Below are positions 58,138 through 64,000 of a DNA stretch of 64,000 bases, one piece after another (positions within the stretch are counted from its first letter, which is position 1; the number at the start of each line of letters is the position of its first letter). The DNA lies in NCBI RefSeq assembly GCF_009914755.1, contig NC_060925.1; one strand, written 5' to 3'. The position numbers were made by a program, and so were the translations under genes. The stretch comes from the human T2T-CHM13v2.0 reference genome, Homo sapiens. The notes beneath the pieces were generated by a model. That model was not told the origin of the DNA, searched no databases, and was given only the letters and a program-made list of their open reading frames with translations.

Positions 58138-59005
58138 AAATTGGCTGAATGAATGGTAAAAATCACTGTTTATCTCCTCTGTAAAGTTTTGATTAATGAG
58201 AAAAAATTCTGAGGCTCATATTAAGTTGTAACGAATCTAATGTATTTTGTGCTATGAATTTGTCTGTGTTGTTCTGTCATAAAGAAGGGTACCTTAGGAT
58301 AGAACAGGGGCTTAGGACCCCATAAACTGCTCAAGACGGCCCAGCAAGCTGGTAATAAATTTTACTGCAGGTCCTTGAAACAAACAAAAAAACTGGGTGA
58401 GGTCTCCATCTGGTTTTATGTCCTTGGCAACTTGACCTTGTAACCATGTGGCCATAATGTCTCTCGGTCTCTTCCTTCCAGGGAACAGGAATTCTGGGAT
58501 TCATGTCATAGCTAGCTCTAAAAATTATCTTGAGTAGTTAAAAGCCTTTGCAAGCACAAAATTAACTATTTTAGATTCCTTCTGGGAACAGTGGGAAGAG
58601 CAATGGAAACCACCAGTGCTGTAGCTCAGCAGCTAAGGCTTTGACTTTTCACAGTGATGCCCTGGGTTCAATTCCTGGCTTAGGGAATGAGTCCTTTCTG
58701 GTTTGATATCTGTGTGACCTTTACTGTTAGTTGATTATCTTTCCCTCCATGAACCATCTTGAATTTTCCTTTCCCTAAGCACCTGGGAAGTTACCTTTGG
58801 TTAAGTTCAAAAGCCAGAAATATTGTCAGTGTGGCTAGAGTCGGGTAATAAGAAATTTAAAAGTGCTTTTTAAAAGAGTCCTATGGCTAGGAGTGGTGGC
58901 TCACGCCTGTAATCCCAGCACTGTGGGAGGCTGAAGCGGGTGGATCACTTGAGGTCAGGAGTTCAAGACCAGCCTGGTGAACATGGTGAAATGGCATCTC
59001 TACTA

Positions 59006-59604
<599 letters not shown>

Positions 59605-60279
59605 TGAAAATCTAAGGCTAAATATACTTTTGACAATGGCTAATGGCAGTTATCAGGGAATACGTGGCTCTTTGCATGTTTACATCAGAGAAGCATGCTC
59701 TTGGCCACCTAGAAGTTATGGAAATGTTCCCACTCCTCACTGAGAGATAAGACTCTCATGGGAGATGGGCTAATTCCCTCTTTTTGGGATCCAGGATCTG
59801 ATATAAAAACGGGACTCTTGATTTTGGGGGTCTGTTTTTGTCTTCCAGCTGTGCCTGCTTATTAGGCCCCAGAAACTGCATGTTTTCCTAGACCTGTTTC
59901 TTGAAGGGCTCTACCGTGAGGCCAGTAATCCAATTAAGAAACTGGCAAATGAAAAATCTTACAACTACTGGATCTTCTTCTGTCTGTCTGTGTAGTTTAT
60001 ACATATGTTATGTGTGTGATGCTTATGTAAAAGCTCTAATTAATTGGCATAAAGAAAAATAAGCACTTAAAATATTTTGAAAAAAATAAAAACTGTAATG
60101 CCTTTTAGTTCACGTAACTTTAGTAATCTTTGGGAAATAAAAAATGTTAAAGATTATTGGTAAAATAAAGACATTTGGTCTAAATTAGGCAGGTCAGATA
60201 TTAGGTTTGCTAAATGCCTTAAGGTCATAAACTGCTTTGACTTTCGAAAATTCCTTCCAAAGCATATATGTTTTTTTTC

Positions 60280-60484
60280 CCCAAGGTATAGGCTCTGGGT
60301 CTGGGGGGTTGCAGTGTGGAGATCTACCTGTCTTGCACCCACCCAAGACCACGACTCTGTCTATAAGTTGCCCTAATAAATCATCCAAAACTGTCAAACT
60401 AGATTTGTCTGCCTTCTTCTTTGGTTTCTCAGCTCCTTCTGCATTTGGGGGTTGCTTTGTGATAAATGGCCCTTTCACAAAACA
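60280..60484 (+). mobile_element. 3' half of a different ERV1 LTR (MER31/MER67-like)
   Basis: AATAAA followed by ...GGCCCTTTCACAAAACA terminus; does not resemble the 56132 LTR. Confidence 0.5.
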
Positions 60485-61974
60485 GCCTGACTTCTTCTTC
60501 CACTCCTCACATATAATCAATCACCAAGCACTGCTGATTCTATCCCCTAAATCTCTGTCAAGACTTTCAACTTCTCTTCATCTTTACTGCCACTGCCTGG
60601 TCCAGACTACTGTCATCATTTGCCTGGATTCCTGTACCTGCTTTTAATTGGTCTCTCTCCCTCTAGTTTTATCCACAAAATCTATCCTTCATACGGTAGA
60701 TGGGAAAAAAAAGAGACTTTTTTTAAATTTTTAAATTTTTTTAAAGATGGTCTCATTCTGTCACCCAGGCTGCTGGAGTGCAGTGGTGTTATCATGGCTC
60801 ACTGCAGCTTTGACCTCCTGGGCTCAAGTAATCCTCCCACCTCAGCCTCCTAAGTAGCTGGGACTACAGGCATGTGCCACCATGCTAATTTTTTTATTTT
60901 TAAATTTGTTGTAGAGATGAGGTCTCCCTAAGTTGCCCAGGCTGGTCGTGAACTCCTGGGTTCCAGTGATCCTCCTGCCTACCTCCAAGTAATCCTTCCT
61001 GCTTCAGCCTCCCAAAGTGCTGGGAATACAGGCATGAGCCACCGCACCCAGCTGACAGAATATTTCTGAAGTACAATCTGATCATGTCTCTTCTTCCTTC
61101 AATCCATCCTCTATTTTGTAGACACAGTGATTTTTCTAAAGTACAAATCTCATCCCATCTCCTTACACTTATTTAATGCTCAGGATAGTGATTACTTTTG
61201 TGTATGTGGTGGGGTAGGGGGATAGAATGAGGGGAGTTTCTGGAATTCTGGCAATGTTCTGTTTCTTAACCTGAATATAGTACTCATAAGGTATGTTCAC
61301 TTTGTGAAAATTTATCAAGTCATAACACCCTTCTCAAATATGATCTCTGCTTGGAAGCCTTTTATAACATTTGTAGGCTTCTATGCTCTCACAGTAAAGA
61401 CAGTTATATGTACTGCTTTTTGATCATGTGTGAGGAGGTATCATGTCTGAGGTACTATGCTAGGAAAATAATACAGATCATTTCAAGTTCTTATAGCAAT
61501 GCTTATGATAGGTATTACTATTCTTATTTTATGTTTTGTAATTTTTGTAGAGATGGCATCTTGCTATGTTGCCTAGGCTGGTCTGGAACTCCTGAGTTCA
61601 GCCCATCCTCCCACTTTAGCCTCCCAAAATGCTGGGATTACAGGCGTGAGCTATTGCACCTGGCCCCTATTTTATAAAGAAGGAAATCAAGGCTTAGAGA
61701 GGTTAACTATCTTGCCTAGGGTTAATACAACTTTTATAACTGATAGAATTGAAAGTCACTCCACATCTGTCCTATAGTCCATGGCTCTTTCCACTATACC
61801 ATATTAACTAGCATCTTGTGCTTAGTTCAACCAAAGCACTTTCCACAGGATTTAGAATTCTCTGCTTGCTGTCTCTTTACCCATAAACACACAGATTTTT
61901 GGATACAGAAGGTAGAGCTTTCTTGGCTGGGCCTGGTAGCTCACACCTGTAATCCCAGCTCTTTGGGAGGCCTA

Positions 61975-62271
<297 letters not shown>

Positions 62272-64000
62272 CTATTACTAATATTACTAATATTTCTAGA
62301 AGTCCCAGAGATAAAAATGAATGCAACTAGGAAGTTCAAAGGAGACTACCTTGATTTAATCTTGGCAGCACCTGCATCTTCAGATATCAGTATGCAGCCA
62401 CCCAATAACAGCCCTGTTGAGAAGGTGTGTAAGTCACATACTCTTAGCTTAATTTTGTTGTTATTGAAGTAAAGGACACATCGTGCAATCTCTAGGACAT
62501 CTAAGGATATGTAAGGAAACCAAGTACAGCCAAATCAATGGATGCCTGAACTGAACAGTAAGAAACCAAGACTACTACTGCCAGCCTCTCACAGCACTAT
62601 CTGGTCCCTCATCTCTGCTTATCTCCACTCTGCTGTCTTGTGCTTACTCGTGGCTTTCTAGCTATTCTACACTTTCATCTTTTTTAATTTTTAACTTTCT
62701 TTTAGAGACAGGGTCTCTTTCTGTCTACCAGGCTGGAGTGCAGTGGTGCCATCATATATAGCTCACTGTAGCATCAACCTCATGGGCTCAAGTGGTCCTC
62801 CTGCCTCAGCCTCCTGAGTAGGTGAGACTAGAGGTATATGCCATCATGCCCAGCTAACATAACTTCATTTTGTATGTGGCTTTAATTATTACCTTGATTC
62901 TGACCTTGCCATGGCTGCCTATCCCCAACTCTTGACTTCACTTTGTGGGTCCTATCCTTATTTCTCTGTATCCTGACATAGCTGAGGCAAGGAAGTTGTG
63001 ACTGCTCTGTTACTCTTTCAAGTGCAAATCATGTGCATGTGCATATAAGCATGTTGGCAACAGAGATATCCGACATCTGTGGTGGATGTTGCTGGCAATC
63101 AATTAAACAGTGATGGATTTTGTTGAGGCTGTGGCTGCATGATATTGAGCAAATGACTTTTGAGCATTATCTTCCTCTATAATATGAGTATAATACCTAA
63201 TGAGAGAACTATTGTAAGAAATGAATATATGTGAAAAGCACCCAGCACAGTGCCTGGTACACAGTAGGTGGTTAAATTTTCTTCTTTCCTCTCTCTTCCT
63301 GCTCTGAAGGTCCAACCCCAAGACTGTAAGTACTGCATGGCAATATCAGATTCTAACACTATAAGAGGCTGACTGTAACCGTGGATACTTCTGGACAAGA
63401 AGGAAGTAATCAGCCTCAATTCTCCCTGTTAAGGAGACTAATCTTTAAGTCTCTTAAAGAGAGAAAGATAAATGGGGCTGGTGGGGGTGGGGAGCGGGGG
63501 AGGTTCTATACTAAAAGGAAATCAAGACTAATCCTGGTATACATTGCCTGGTATATATTGCCCATGGCTTTAGCTCACAAAGCTGGCATATTGGCATATT
63601 GCTTGAGTCCTTCATAGGGCCAGTGACAATCTAGGGCCCTGACTCAGGTCTAGGAGCAGCTCCTACTAAGGCAAGCAAAGAGCTGGGCCAATACCTGGGC
63701 TTCTAGATCTCCTAAGAGATCAGCTTCTTTAGGCTTAAACCAGCTGACATTATAAAACAGGGAGGAACACTCAGTTATCAAGAGGAATCACAGTCACAAT
63801 ACTCAGACTAAGATCTGCTTTGGCCCTGGACACAGAATCCAACACATTTTGAATTAAAATGTTCAAGAGATTCTGTGGAACATTCATCTATCATACTACA
63901 CTCAGAAGTGGATAAAAAACTTGTAAAATGTGTACAGTTACTAAATTCTCATCAAAGAGAGTACAGATTTTCTTCTCTCTGCAGCTCTCCCTGTAGCTTT

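Overview
Primate (human-like) Alu-dense genomic DNA, recognisable as the PTCH2/EIF2B3 locus (human 1p34 from prior knowledge). Both genes lie on the minus strand, head to tail. PTCH2 coding exons 1-6 (12165 to 94; 813 nt, 271 codons, all GT-AG, continuous frame) follow a CpG-island promoter. EIF2B3 exons 7-12 run from 51367 to the stop at 20185. The rest is mostly retroelements: dozens of Alus, a full-length SVA, a 5'-truncated RPS2 retrocopy, an LTR8-type solo LTR, a MER57-type LTR with internal sequence and tRNA-Leu PBS, DNA-transposon fossils and old L1/L2/MIR fragments. I see no new protein-coding system; nearly all long ORFs in the track are Alu, SVA or CpG-island artefacts. The most unusual structure surrounds EIF2B3 exon 9: a ~245 bp mostly non-repeat inverted duplication bracketing the exon, an 85 bp intronic copy of part of exon 8 beside one arm, and an SVA inserted ~48 nt upstream of the exon 9 acceptor. 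Also notable are three perfect GLI sites around PTCH2, a PTCH2 uORF, a triple target-site duplication, a 112 bp local direct duplication carrying an ATF4/CEBP site, an L1-ORF1-derived alternative EIF2B3 3' end, and two template-switch micro-hairpins. Exon numbers and repeat family names come from memory, not a database search.
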